From NCBI GenBank assembly GCA_965223545.1, contig OZ245006.1, positions 3,168,001 through 3,232,000 on the forward strand: a stretch of DNA of 64,000 nt, read 5' to 3'. Position numbers and translations under genes: made by a program. Source of the DNA: Planctomycetota bacterium (GTDB taxonomy: Bacteria > Planctomycetota > UBA1135 > UBA2386). Below are positions 1 through 8,776 of the stretch, in pieces (positions within the stretch are counted from its first letter, which is position 1; each line of letters starts with the position of its first letter). The notes below the pieces were generated by a model. The model searched no databases and had not been told where the DNA came from. It saw only the letters and a list, made by a program, of their open reading frames with translations.

Positions 1-2
1 GT

Positions 3-416
3 GGAATCGATCCGGCGCTCGGCATCGCCGCGACGCACGAGCCGGGGCGCTGGCGGTTCAACCTCGCGACCTGGTACCGCGTGCACACCGACTCGGACGA
101 CGACGGGTTCCGGCGGGGCGACCGCTGGATCGTCGAGGCGGCTGCCGGCAACCGCTTCTGGCTCGAGCCATACCCCGGCCCGTTCATGCGGCTGGATGTC
201 GCCTTGCGCTACTACCACGAAGACCACGACCGGTTCCGGGGGGCCCTGCCCAACACCGGCGGCGAGCGCGCCACGACCACGGTCAACCTCGCCTTCCGGC
301 CGCAGCCGGCGCTCGACTTCCAGGTCGCCGTCGAGGTGCCCCTGTGGCAACGCCTGGCGGGCACCCAGCTCGGCGAAGATTGGGCGCTCGACCTGACCTT
401 CGGCTACCGATTCTGA
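3..416 (+). CDS. Outer-membrane beta-barrel 'transporter'-type protein, C-terminal part (5' end outside the window)
   Basis: Frame is open from position 3 (GIDPALGIAATHEPGRWRFNL...). Alternating amphipathic strands and a C-terminal aromatic signature LDLTFGYRF. Confidence 0.65.
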   Translation, partial: GIDPALGIAATHEPGRWRFNLATWYRVHTDSDDDGFRRGDRWIVEAAAGNRFWLEPYPGPFMRLDVALRYYHEDHDRFRGALPNTGGERATTTVNLAFRPQPALDFQVAVEVPLWQRLAGTQLGEDWALDLTFGYRF

Positions 417-480
417 GGCGCGCCCGATTCGACCGCGCCCGGGGTTGCTTTTTGTCCCGAGTCCTGCACATCTGGGCTGC

Positions 481-1014
481 ATGAAGTCGCCGAGCATCCC
501 GATCGCCGTCCTCTTGCTCGCCGGGGCCTGCGCCGCTCCGGGTCAGCCGATCTCCGCGCAGCCGGACGACTTCGCGTTCGTCGAGGTCCAGCTCCGCGGT
601 TGAACTTGAAACGAGGAGCTTCTGGGTCTGCAGAAGCTCTTCGAGGGCCTGTACGGTCCCACCCCGCAGATTGACCTCGACCTGCAGATCGCGCGCGCGC
701 GGGTGCCCACTCCGATCGAGCTGGACTTCACCGCGCTCGCCGACGGCGTCGTGCGCAACAACGTCGGCGTCGACGGCATCCGCCTTTGGGCTCGCGGTCG
801 ACTCGAGGCGGATCACTTCGTGTTCGACGCCACCGGCCAACGGCTGCCACTGGCCGCACCTGCGCCAGGGGCCCGCGGCCCGTGGTTCGAGTTTGCGGTG
901 ACCCACTTCGAATCGACACGATCGCCTCGCTTGCAGTGGCTAGCGGATTCGCACACCGCCGGTGCACCGGCGATGGCGCCACGATCCGAAGGTCCCAGCA
1001 CGGCGCCTCGCTGA
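481..1014 (+). CDS. Putative selenoprotein lipoprotein with U-T-U motif, HMA/MerP-like fold (177 aa if both TGA codons are read as Sec)
   Basis: ATG at 481 gives MKSPSIPIAVLLLAGAC (signal peptide plus lipobox). In-frame TGA at 601 and 607 (…VEVQLRG-U-T-U-NEELLGLQKLFEG…). Same frame as ORF 703..1014. SECIS-like hairpin at 612-643. Confidence 0.75.
612..643 (+). promoter_or_regulatory. Bacterial SECIS-like stem-loop
   Basis: CGAGGAGCTTCTG-GGTCTG-CAGAAGCTCTTCG: 13-bp stem (one G-U pair) with apical loop GGUCUG, starting 2 nt after the second in-frame TGA. Loop resembles the E. coli fdhF SECIS (…GCAGGUCUGC…). Confidence 0.75.
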
Positions 1015-1093
1015 GCGCGACTGGAAAGACGGGGGCGCACGGCGCATTCTGCACTGCGAATGCACTGTTCGTTTTTGCGAAAGACAAACTGAG

Positions 1094-1681
1094 ATGAAGA
1101 TTTCCGAGCTGATGTCCCAACCGGTCGTGTTCTGCCGACCGGAGGATTCGCTGGCGCGCGCCGCCGAACTCATGTGGAACCACGACCTCGGCTGGCTGCC
1201 GGTGGCCAACGCCGGCGGATCGTTGGTCGGGGTCGTCACCGACCGCGACGTTTGCATGGCCGCATGGCTGCGGGATCGCCGGCTGCACGAGCTGCAGGTG
1301 GGCGGCGTGATGAGTCAGGCCGTGACCACCTGCAACACCGAGGACACGGTCGAGGCCGCCCACGAGATGCTGCGGCGCGAGCGCCTGCACCGCCTGCCGG
1401 TGATCGACGGCGAGGGCAACCTCACCGGAGTCGTCACCATCAACGACCTCGCGCACCACGGCGCCGCGGGACCGGTGCACGATACGCTCTGCTCCGTGAG
1501 CCAACCGCGCAACGCCCCGGAACGCACCGTGCCACTGCCGAGCCCGGCGTCCAAACCAGCCGTGAAGCGCGCCAAGAGCACCACGAGCGCGAGTTCCACC
1601 AAGCAGACCAAGGCCAAGACCGCGAAGCCGACGCGTTCCACCGCAAAGACGACAAGCCGTCGTGCGGCGAAGAAGAAGTGA
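1094..1681 (+). CDS. CBS-domain pair protein with basic Lys/Ala/Thr-rich C-terminal tail
   Basis: MKISELMSQPVV…LPV…GVVTDRD and RLPVID…GVVTINDL CBS motifs. Tail KPAVKRAKSTT…RRAAKKK. Confidence 0.85.
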   Translation: MKISELMSQPVVFCRPEDSLARAAELMWNHDLGWLPVANAGGSLVGVVTDRDVCMAAWLRDRRLHELQVGGVMSQAVTTCNTEDTVEAAHEMLRRERLHRLPVIDGEGNLTGVVTINDLAHHGAAGPVHDTLCSVSQPRNAPERTVPLPSPASKPAVKRAKSTTSASSTKQTKAKTAKPTRSTAKTTSRRAAKKK

Positions 1682-1825
1682 CCTCGGCGCTCCAGGTCTA
1701 GGGGAGCCCCCGAGATCGCGGGCGGGGATCCCCGCCAGAACCGCCCGCCGCGGGGTTGCCGGTCGACTCCACGGCCCCATTTGGTAGGTTGCGGGGCTGC
1801 CTCAAGAGCCGCAGGACCCTCACCG

Positions 1826-4339
1826 ATGACCCGACGATCCCGCCCGCGCAAGGGAAGCGCCAAGCGCTCGCGCCAGCGCAAGACCGAAGCCGATCAAGGC
1901 GCCGCCGCGCCGCAGCCCGACGAGCTCGAGCCCATTGACGAGCTCGAGCCCATCGAGGAGCTCGAGCCCATCGAAGAGCTCGAATCGCTGCCGCTCCTCG
2001 AAGAGGAGGACGAGCCCGCCGCCCGCCCGCTGTCGGACGACGGGCCGGTGCAAGTGCGCCACGAAGTGCTCGAGGGCAATGCCGACTACGACGCGCGATT
2101 GGCGATCACCGTCGCCGCAATGGACAAGAGCGACGTTTGTGATGCGCTGACCAAGCCGCTGCGCAAGGCGGTGCGTCGGCTGGGGTCCGCGCTTCGGTGG
2201 CAGCGCGTGCTGGTCGAGTTCGACGGCGACGCGCTGATCCCCGGTGCCGCCAAGGACGTGGTGCGCGACGCGTTGGAGCCCGCGAGCCCGCTCTTGATCG
2301 CGGTGCAGCGCGGCTATCCGGACGAGATCGTGCTGCAGGGGACCTTGCCGCAGTGCACCCTGCGCATCGAGCCCGTCGGTGGTGACCAGAAGCGGCTGCG
2401 CGTCGATGTCGACAACCGCGATCTCGAGCCCGAAGACCTGGGAATCGTGATGCGGTCCGAGCTGGAGCAACTGCAGCGCCGCGCCACCGACACCGCGTTC
2501 GAGTTCGGGTTCTCGGGCCCGCTCCCGCTCGACGAGCTGCGCGGTTCACTGCGCGACGCGCTGGCCGAGGCCGGGGCATCGCGCGTCGCGATCGACGAAG
2601 GCGAGCGCGAAGACCTGTTGCACGATCAGGAGCTCGCGGCGCGCATCGTCGTCCAAGACAGCGCCAGTAGCGACGCCGACGTCGTCGTCGCGATGGAACC
2701 GTTCGACAACGAAGAGCGCACTCTGCAGGCCCTTCAGCTCGTGCTCCCCCGCCGAGCGACCCAGCTGACGAGCCGCCGGGTCCGCGTGCAGGTCGCGCGC
2801 CGGTCGCCCTCCCCCACCGAGCTGCTCGAGCTGAGTGGCCAGGCGGCGGCGATGCAGATGACCCGGCTCGAGGTGGTGCCGCCGGACGGCGTCGGTGACG
2901 TCGTCTGGCCACCCGCTCTGCAGGTATCCCGTCAGGGTGACGCCATGACCGTGGCCATCGCGGGCGCCGACCGCGACCGCGACGCGCGCTTCCTCGCGCT
3001 GGCGCGCGAGATCCAGCCGCTGGCGGCCGAGGTTCGCGGCCGCGCACTGACGCTCGACTGGCCGGCGGACGACGTCATCGACGATGCGGTCGAAGCGTGC
3101 GTCCGCGATCACGTGGTGCCCCTGGCCCCCGCCAGCGTCGCGTGCACGATCGCGGGAGCAGCCCGAGAGCCACTGTGGCCGCTGCCGCTGAAGCTGGAGG
3201 CGCGCGACGGCGGCGTCGAGCTCACCGTCGACACCGACGCTGGCAAGCCGGCGGAGCTGGTCCGCGCCGCCGAACGGCGGCTGCCGGCGCTGGCCGACCG
3301 AGTGCGCGACGCCGCCGTCACCATCGCGGTTCGGGGCGAGGCCAGCCCATCGCGCACTCTGCGCCGGACGCTGGTCGACGCGCTGGAACAAGCCGGGGCG
3401 CAGCGTCTGGCAATCTCCGACCACGGCACGACCGATGTGCTCCTGCCGCCGCTGTTGACCATCAAGGACAGCGGCGACGGGGTGCTCGACGCCCTCGTGC
3501 AGCGCGCCGATCGCACGGCCGAGCAGATCGCCAACGCGTTGCAACGCGAGCTCGAGCCGCACGGCAATCCGCGCCAGCTCACCGTCCGGCTGCCCGCCGC
3601 CGATCACGACGAGGCGTTGACGCAAGCCCTGATCGAGTTCGGCGTCGGCCGCATCGCGTTGGCGGGAGACCCCGCGGTGCAGATCCACCCCCCGTTGTTC
3701 GGCGCAGTCGAGCGCGGCGACGGTGTGTTGCAGATCAGCGCCAACCCGACGACCCACGACGAGGGCCTGCAGAGCCAGGTGGAGCGCGAGCTGCGGTCGA
3801 TCCTCGAAAGCGGGACGCTGCACGACTTCGACGTGACGGTGCGTTGGCCCGGCGTGCAGAAGCCGCTCGAAGGCGCCCCACTCCAGTTGTTCGATCAGCT
3901 CGTCGCCGCCGGCCCCGCCACCGTCCGAGTGCAGAGTGGCGACGGCGACCCGGTCGCGCTCTACCCCAAGCCGGTGCGCATCCCGGTGGTCGACCTGGGC
4001 GCCCGCCCCGGAGCGACCCCGCCGATGCTCATGCTGGGTGTCGAGTGGACGGACGATGCAGAAGAGATCGCCGAAACCGCGCAGGCGCTGACGGCGCGGG
4101 GCGAGGCGCTCGCCGGCCACCGCGTGCTGGTCGCCTTCCAGCGAGCCGGCGCCGACCGCGCCGGACCTGCGGACCACCCGCTGGTCACCGCGACCCGCGA
4201 GGCGCTGGCGCCGAGGGTCGCCGCGCTGCTGCAGTTCCAGCCGGCGAGCCGGCGCGCGCCGGCCCACTTCGAGGTGCTGCACTCGGCGATCGAGGGCCTC
4301 GCCGTCGGGACCAAGATGCGGGACCCGCGCAAGACGTAG
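1826..4339 (+). CDS. Large hypothetical protein with about 8 internal ~90-aa alpha/beta repeats
   Basis: Long GC3-rich ORF with an acidic N-terminal linker. Repeated units end in (V/L)(W/L/H/Y)P(P/L/K). Confidence 0.8.
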   Translation: MTRRSRPRKGSAKRSRQRKTEADQGAAAPQPDELEPIDELEPIEELEPIEELESLPLLEEEDEPAARPLSDDGPVQVRHEVLEGNADYDARLAITVAAMDKSDVCDALTKPLRKAVRRLGSALRWQRVLVEFDGDALIPGAAKDVVRDALEPASPLLIAVQRGYPDEIVLQGTLPQCTLRIEPVGGDQKRLRVDVDNRDLEPEDLGIVMRSELEQLQRRATDTAFEFGFSGPLPLDELRGSLRDALAEAGASRVAIDEGEREDLLHDQELAARIVVQDSASSDADVVVAMEPFDNEERTLQALQLVLPRRATQLTSRRVRVQVARRSPSPTELLELSGQAAAMQMTRLEVVPPDGVGDVVWPPALQVSRQGDAMTVAIAGADRDRDARFLALAREIQPLAAEVRGRALTLDWPADDVIDDAVEACVRDHVVPLAPASVACTIAGAAREPLWPLPLKLEARDGGVELTVDTDAGKPAELVRAAERRLPALADRVRDAAVTIAVRGEASPSRTLRRTLVDALEQAGAQRLAISDHGTTDVLLPPLLTIKDSGDGVLDALVQRADRTAEQIANALQRELEPHGNPRQLTVRLPAADHDEALTQALIEFGVGRIALAGDPAVQIHPPLFGAVERGDGVLQISANPTTHDEGLQSQVERELRSILESGTLHDFDVTVRWPGVQKPLEGAPLQLFDQLVAAGPATVRVQSGDGDPVALYPKPVRIPVVDLGARPGATPPMLMLGVEWTDDAEEIAETAQALTARGEALAGHRVLVAFQRAGADRAGPADHPLVTATREALAPRVAALLQFQPASRRAPAHFEVLHSAIEGLAVGTKMRDPRKT
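1919..1984 (+). repeat. In-frame 18-bp tandem repeat, about 3.7 copies (D/E-ELEPI)
   Basis: GACGAGCTCGAGCCCATT / GACGAGCTCGAGCCCATC / GAGGAGCTCGAGCCCATC / GAAGAGCTCGAA. Confidence 0.9.
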
Positions 4340-4379
4340 CGGCGGCTGACTCTTGCCGGCGGCTCGACCGCGACCGAGG

Positions 4380-5939
4380 ATGGGCGCCGAACGCCCCGAT
4401 CGATCCGCCGTGCACTTCGAAAGCCTCATCGACATCGAGTGGCAGCTCCACTCGGACGCTACGACGGCGGACGCCGCGGCGGTGGCCGAGCGGGATGCGG
4501 CGTTGCGCGGGCCGGTGTTGGCCGCCCTCGGGGAGAACGCGGCGGGCGCCCGCGCGAAGCTCGGTGAGGTCGGCTTCCGCCAACGGCTGGCCCGGACCTG
4601 GCTCGACGAGCTGCCCCGCAACCAGGCAGACCGCGGCCCAGGAGCTCGCATCACCCGCGGCTACGACACGCTCGGCTGGCTGCTCCCGCTCGCCGGGGTG
4701 ATCGCCGGCGCCGGGGCAGCGCGGGCGTTCACTGCCTACGACGGCCGCACCCCGGTCAACGTCTTGGCATTCATCGGCTTCTTCGTCGGCCTCCAACTGT
4801 TGCTCCTCCTGGGCGTCGTCTGGTTGGTCTTGGCTCCGCGCCGGGCGGGCCGTGGCGCGGTCGGCGCCCTGTTGGGCCGACTGGCCCAGGGACGCTGGCT
4901 GGATCGACTCTTGGCCAGCAGTGATCGCTCGGCCATCGAAGCGATGCTGACCCTGCGCGGCACGCGCGCGACGGTTGCCGATGCCGAACGATGGCGCTTG
5001 TTCGGCTTGGCACAGCGCTTCGGCGTGGCGTTCAACGCCGGCGCCATCGCCACCTGCCTCTACCTGGTGACGTTCTCCGACCTCGCCTTCTGCTGGAGCA
5101 CGACGCTCGACGTCGACGCCGACACCGTGCATCGGATCGCACAGGGGCTCACGCTGCCCTGGGCCGCGTTTGCCGAGGCCGCAGTGCCCAGCAGGGAGAT
5201 CGTGGAGAGCAGTCAATGGGTACGCCTGCATGGCGGTTTCGCCAACCAGCAGTCGCTGGCCGAAGCGGCCCGCCTGTCGACGCGATGGTGGCAGTTCTTG
5301 GTGGCTTCGGTCGTCGCGTACGGATTGCTACCACGACTGCTGACCTGGGGATGGGCAGCGTGGAGCCACGCGCGCGTGCTGCGCCGGGCACCCTGTGATC
5401 ACGCCGGCTATCAACAGCTGTTCGACCGGTTGCTGCCGGCCAACGTCCACTGGCGCGGGCCGGCACCGGAGTCCGTCGGCTCGCAGGCCCCGGCGGCCGC
5501 CGCCGAAAGAACTCTCCCGCCCCGCAGCGGCGAGCAGGCGACGCTCGTGCTCTGGGGCCGACTGGCGCAGCACGAGGCGGCGGTCCGCCGCGCGATCGAG
5601 AGACGGCAGGCCTTGGCCGGACCAGCTCTGCGCGCCGGCGGCATCGCTCCAGAGCCCGACACCGAGGTCGCGGCCAGCCTCGCCAGCGGCAGTCAAGCCC
5701 GCGTCGTGGTCGCCTTCGAGGCGGGCATGCAACCAACCCGCGAGGTCCTCGGCTTCTTGGCCGAGGTCCGTCGGCACTTGCCAGCCGGTCACCCACTCCT
5801 GGTGTGCCTGTTGGCCGAGACCGAGGCCGGTGGCACGTTCGACGACGCCGAAGCGCAGGAGCTCGCGATCTGGGAACGCTCGCTGGCAACCCGCGGCGAC
5901 GAGTACCTGTGGCTACAACCCACGGCGGAGCCGGCGTGA
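4380..5939 (+). CDS. DUF2868-family membrane protein
   Basis: PVNVL…TM segments, DLAFCWSTTL and YGLLPRLL motifs. Coupled to the downstream GTPase (GTGA overlap). Confidence 0.8.
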   Translation: MGAERPDRSAVHFESLIDIEWQLHSDATTADAAAVAERDAALRGPVLAALGENAAGARAKLGEVGFRQRLARTWLDELPRNQADRGPGARITRGYDTLGWLLPLAGVIAGAGAARAFTAYDGRTPVNVLAFIGFFVGLQLLLLLGVVWLVLAPRRAGRGAVGALLGRLAQGRWLDRLLASSDRSAIEAMLTLRGTRATVADAERWRLFGLAQRFGVAFNAGAIATCLYLVTFSDLAFCWSTTLDVDADTVHRIAQGLTLPWAAFAEAAVPSREIVESSQWVRLHGGFANQQSLAEAARLSTRWWQFLVASVVAYGLLPRLLTWGWAAWSHARVLRRAPCDHAGYQQLFDRLLPANVHWRGPAPESVGSQAPAAAAERTLPPRSGEQATLVLWGRLAQHEAAVRRAIERRQALAGPALRAGGIAPEPDTEVAASLASGSQARVVVAFEAGMQPTREVLGFLAEVRRHLPAGHPLLVCLLAETEAGGTFDDAEAQELAIWERSLATRGDEYLWLQPTAEPA

Positions 5940-7411
5940 CGCTCGAGCCAGGGCAGCAGGCCGGTGGCGAGCCGGTGTTCGCGGTCGTCGGCAACGTCAA
6001 CCAAGGCAAGTCGTCGGTGGTCGCGACCCTGATCGAGGACCCCGCGGTGCCCATCGCGGCACACCCGGGGACCACCACGCGCTCCGGCAGCTACGAGTGC
6101 ACCCTCGCGGGTCGGGTGGTGTTTCGCCTGGTCGACACGCCGGGATTTCAGGACGCCCGGCGGGCGCTGGCATGGATGACCGAGCGCTGTGCTTCGGTGG
6201 CGGACCGCGCCGCGACCGTGGCGGCCTTCGTCCGCGAGCACCGCGACGATCTGTCGTTCCGCGACGAGATCGAGCTGCTGACCCCGATCTTGTCCGGCTG
6301 CGGCGTGCTGTACGTGGTCGACGCATCGGCGCGCTTCCAACCGTCCAACGAGGCCGAGATGGAGATCCTGCGCTGGACCGGCCAACCCGGCATGGCGCTG
6401 ATCAACCACACCCGCGAGCGCGACTTCGCGGCGGAGTGGCGCCCGATCCTGGAGCAGTTCTTCAACTTGGTGCGCGAGTTCGACGCCCACGCGGCGACGT
6501 TCGCCGAGCGCGTCGGCCTGCTGCAGGGGCTGCGCGAGCTGCGCGCCGAATGGCGCACGCCGCTCGACCGCGCGCTCGAGGCGATGCGGGCGGAATGGCA
6601 GCAGCGCACGCGCAGCGCCGCCGCGATCGTCGGCCAGCTGATGCGCGATGCCCTCGGCCACGTCGAGCGCTGCCCGCTACGGATGGGAGCCGACGAGGAG
6701 GCGCCGCGCCAGCAGCTGGAGACCGCGTATCACGAGCGGCTGCGCAAGCTCGAACGCGACGCGCGCGCCGCGATCGAGACGCTGTACCGGCACCCGCGCC
6801 TGGCCCGGGTCGAAGAGGACCTGGACGTCCTCGGCGCCGACCTGTTCAGCGAGGCCAGCTGGCAGCTGTTCGGCCTGTCACGCACGCAGCTGGCGAAGTA
6901 CGGCGCCGCCTGGGGCGCGGTCGCCGGCGGGGCGATCGACCTGATGGTCGGCGGTCTGAGCTTCTTCGCAGGCGCCGGGCTCGGGGCCGGCGTCGGCGCG
7001 CTGACGGGTTGGTTCGGCAGCACCGAGGTGGCCAAGATCTGCAGCAACCAGAGCAAGCTCGCGCAGACGCTGTTCCCAGGCGAGACCGGCCGTTACCTCA
7101 TCATGGGGCCGGCGACCGGCCCGCGCTTCGCGTGGGTGCTGCTCGACCGAGCCCTCCTGCACGTGACCGCCGTGCGCGCGCGCGCCCACGCGCGGGGTGA
7201 CGACCTCGACCTGCGGCGGATGCCCGGTGGCGACGCGGCTCCCGGCATGGTGCAGGACCTGCCGCCAGCGCTCCGCACGGCCATCGACCGCGCGCTGCGC
7301 GCGTTCCTCGGCGAAGCACTGGCACGCCAACCGACGTCGCGCGTCCGCGAGCAGCTCGACACCGCCCTGGCAGACGCGATCGAGCACGCGAGTGGGGCCG
7401 GTCACAAGTAG
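5936..7411 (+). CDS. GTPase / DUF3482 domain protein
   Basis: G1 GNVNQGKSS, G2 PGTT, G3 DTPG. Gly-rich hairpin GAAWGAVAGGAIDLMVGGLSFFAGAGLG. Confidence 0.85.
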   Translation: MTLEPGQQAGGEPVFAVVGNVNQGKSSVVATLIEDPAVPIAAHPGTTTRSGSYECTLAGRVVFRLVDTPGFQDARRALAWMTERCASVADRAATVAAFVREHRDDLSFRDEIELLTPILSGCGVLYVVDASARFQPSNEAEMEILRWTGQPGMALINHTRERDFAAEWRPILEQFFNLVREFDAHAATFAERVGLLQGLRELRAEWRTPLDRALEAMRAEWQQRTRSAAAIVGQLMRDALGHVERCPLRMGADEEAPRQQLETAYHERLRKLERDARAAIETLYRHPRLARVEEDLDVLGADLFSEASWQLFGLSRTQLAKYGAAWGAVAGGAIDLMVGGLSFFAGAGLGAGVGALTGWFGSTEVAKICSNQSKLAQTLFPGETGRYLIMGPATGPRFAWVLLDRALLHVTAVRARAHARGDDLDLRRMPGGDAAPGMVQDLPPALRTAIDRALRAFLGEALARQPTSRVREQLDTALADAIEHASGAGHK

Positions 7412-8601
7412 CTGAGCCACACCGAGCGGTGGCGCCGCTTGTAGTCCGCGTACCAGCGACACAGCGGGTACAGCGCGACGACGGCGGCGATCCACGCGGC
7501 GTACACCACCCACAAGGGCTTGCCGTACCACTCCGGCAACGGCTGACCGCTGAACAACAAGGTGAGGCCTTGCTGGATCGCGGAATAGGGCTCGCCGTGC
7601 ATGGCCCAGTACATCACGCGCGCGGCGGTGTGGATGAGCAGCAGGTGGAACACGTAGTAGAACAGCGGCACCCGGCCGAACGTCGTCAGCCATCCGAGCA
7701 CCCTGCCCACAGGCCGGTCGAACGCGGCCAACACCAACAGGGATGGTCCGAGCGTCATCAAGACGTAGGCCAGCGACGGCGGGTACTTCTGGCAGTTGAT
7801 GAACGCCATGACCGTGCCCAGCGCATCCTCTCGCGCGGCGAACGGTACCGGGTCGCCGTAGTCGGTCGAGAGCCGCAGCGCGACGAACGCAGCGATCGCA
7901 CCAAGGCCCAGCAGGGCAAAGGTGCGGCGACGGCGCGGCGGCGGCAGCTCGCACACCGCGCTGGCGCCGTACCCCAGCGCCATCACGCCCAGCCACGGCA
8001 GCACCGGGTAGATCACCATCACCAGCGGGGCGCCGTCCCACGGAGTGAACGGTCCTCCTCCTGGGCCCATCGACCCTTCCTGCAGTAATGCCCACCACCA
8101 GCCGTTCGCGCCGAAGTCTGCCGAGGACCAGGAGTCGGTAGCATTGTGGCCAGCGACCAACAGTGCGCCGATCGCGGCGACCCACGGCCGCGGCAGGTAC
8201 ACCAAAGCCGCCATCAACACCATCGCGGCACCGATCGCGGCAATCACCTGCACGAAGAACACGATCGGAGTCAGCGTGTGGTTCCACGCGAACGTGACCA
8301 CGGTGAACTCCAGCACGATGAGCCACAATCCCCGCGTCCAGAGGAAGCGCGACATCGCGGAGACCCCGGCACGACGCCCGTACAACGCCGCCCCGAGCCC
8401 GGCCAACAGCACGAACACCGGGGCGCAGAAGTGCGTGATCCAGCGGGTGAAGAACAGCGCCGGCGTCGTCGTCTGCAGGTTGACGGGGTCCACCGCGAAG
8501 TTGCCGAAGTAGTCCCGCGTGTGATCGAGAGCCATCAGCACCATGACCAGCCCGCGGGTCGCGTCGATCGCCGGAATGCGCGTGCTCGAAGCCTGGTTCA
8601 T
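7402..8601 (-). CDS. DUF1624 / HGSNAT-like polytopic membrane protein
   Basis: RIPAIDATRGLVMVLMALDH, RWITHFCAPVF, KYPPSL, FGRVPLFYY motifs. Confidence 0.85.
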   Translation of the reverse strand: MNQASSTRIPAIDATRGLVMVLMALDHTRDYFGNFAVDPVNLQTTTPALFFTRWITHFCAPVFVLLAGLGAALYGRRAGVSAMSRFLWTRGLWLIVLEFTVVTFAWNHTLTPIVFFVQVIAAIGAAMVLMAALVYLPRPWVAAIGALLVAGHNATDSWSSADFGANGWWWALLQEGSMGPGGGPFTPWDGAPLVMVIYPVLPWLGVMALGYGASAVCELPPPRRRRTFALLGLGAIAAFVALRLSTDYGDPVPFAAREDALGTVMAFINCQKYPPSLAYVLMTLGPSLLVLAAFDRPVGRVLGWLTTFGRVPLFYYVFHLLLIHTAARVMYWAMHGEPYSAIQQGLTLLFSGQPLPEWYGKPLWVVYAAWIAAVVALYPLCRWYADYKRRHRSVWLSYL

Positions 8602-8776
8602 GCGTTCCTCGCCTGCCCGCCGTCAGGGCAGTGCGACCGATCGTCGCCCCGCGCCCCGGCCACCGCCACCGGCGACCTCGATCGCCGACGGGTTGGCGCC
8701 CGGATTCCGCGACGCGGCCTTGGCAACACGCCCTGAGTGGGGAGACTCTCCTCAATCTCGACCCTGAGAACGCGAC

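Noticed and set aside
601..609. TGA codons as an alternative genetic code (Trp/Gly) or as nonsense mutations
   Set aside because: TGA terminates many genes in this window (e.g. 416, 1681, 5939), so the code is standard. Two stops one codon apart in a predicted metal loop, next to a SECIS-like hairpin, fit Sec better than decay. A pseudogene is not fully excluded.
703..1014. 103-aa ORF as an independent gene
   Set aside because: It is the in-frame C-terminal part of the 481-1014 read-through gene.
1721..1736. Perfect 16-bp palindrome GGCGGGGATCCCCGCC after the CBS gene
   Set aside because: No loop or U-tract and no second copy found. Cannot be assigned as a terminator or REP.
1919..1984. Short repeats as a CRISPR array
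   Set aside because: Contiguous in-frame 18-mers with no spacers and no cas genes.
8700..8776. Possible pan-motif or riboswitch RNA upstream of panD
   Set aside because: Only short, weak hairpins are visible. An Rfam/Infernal search would be needed.
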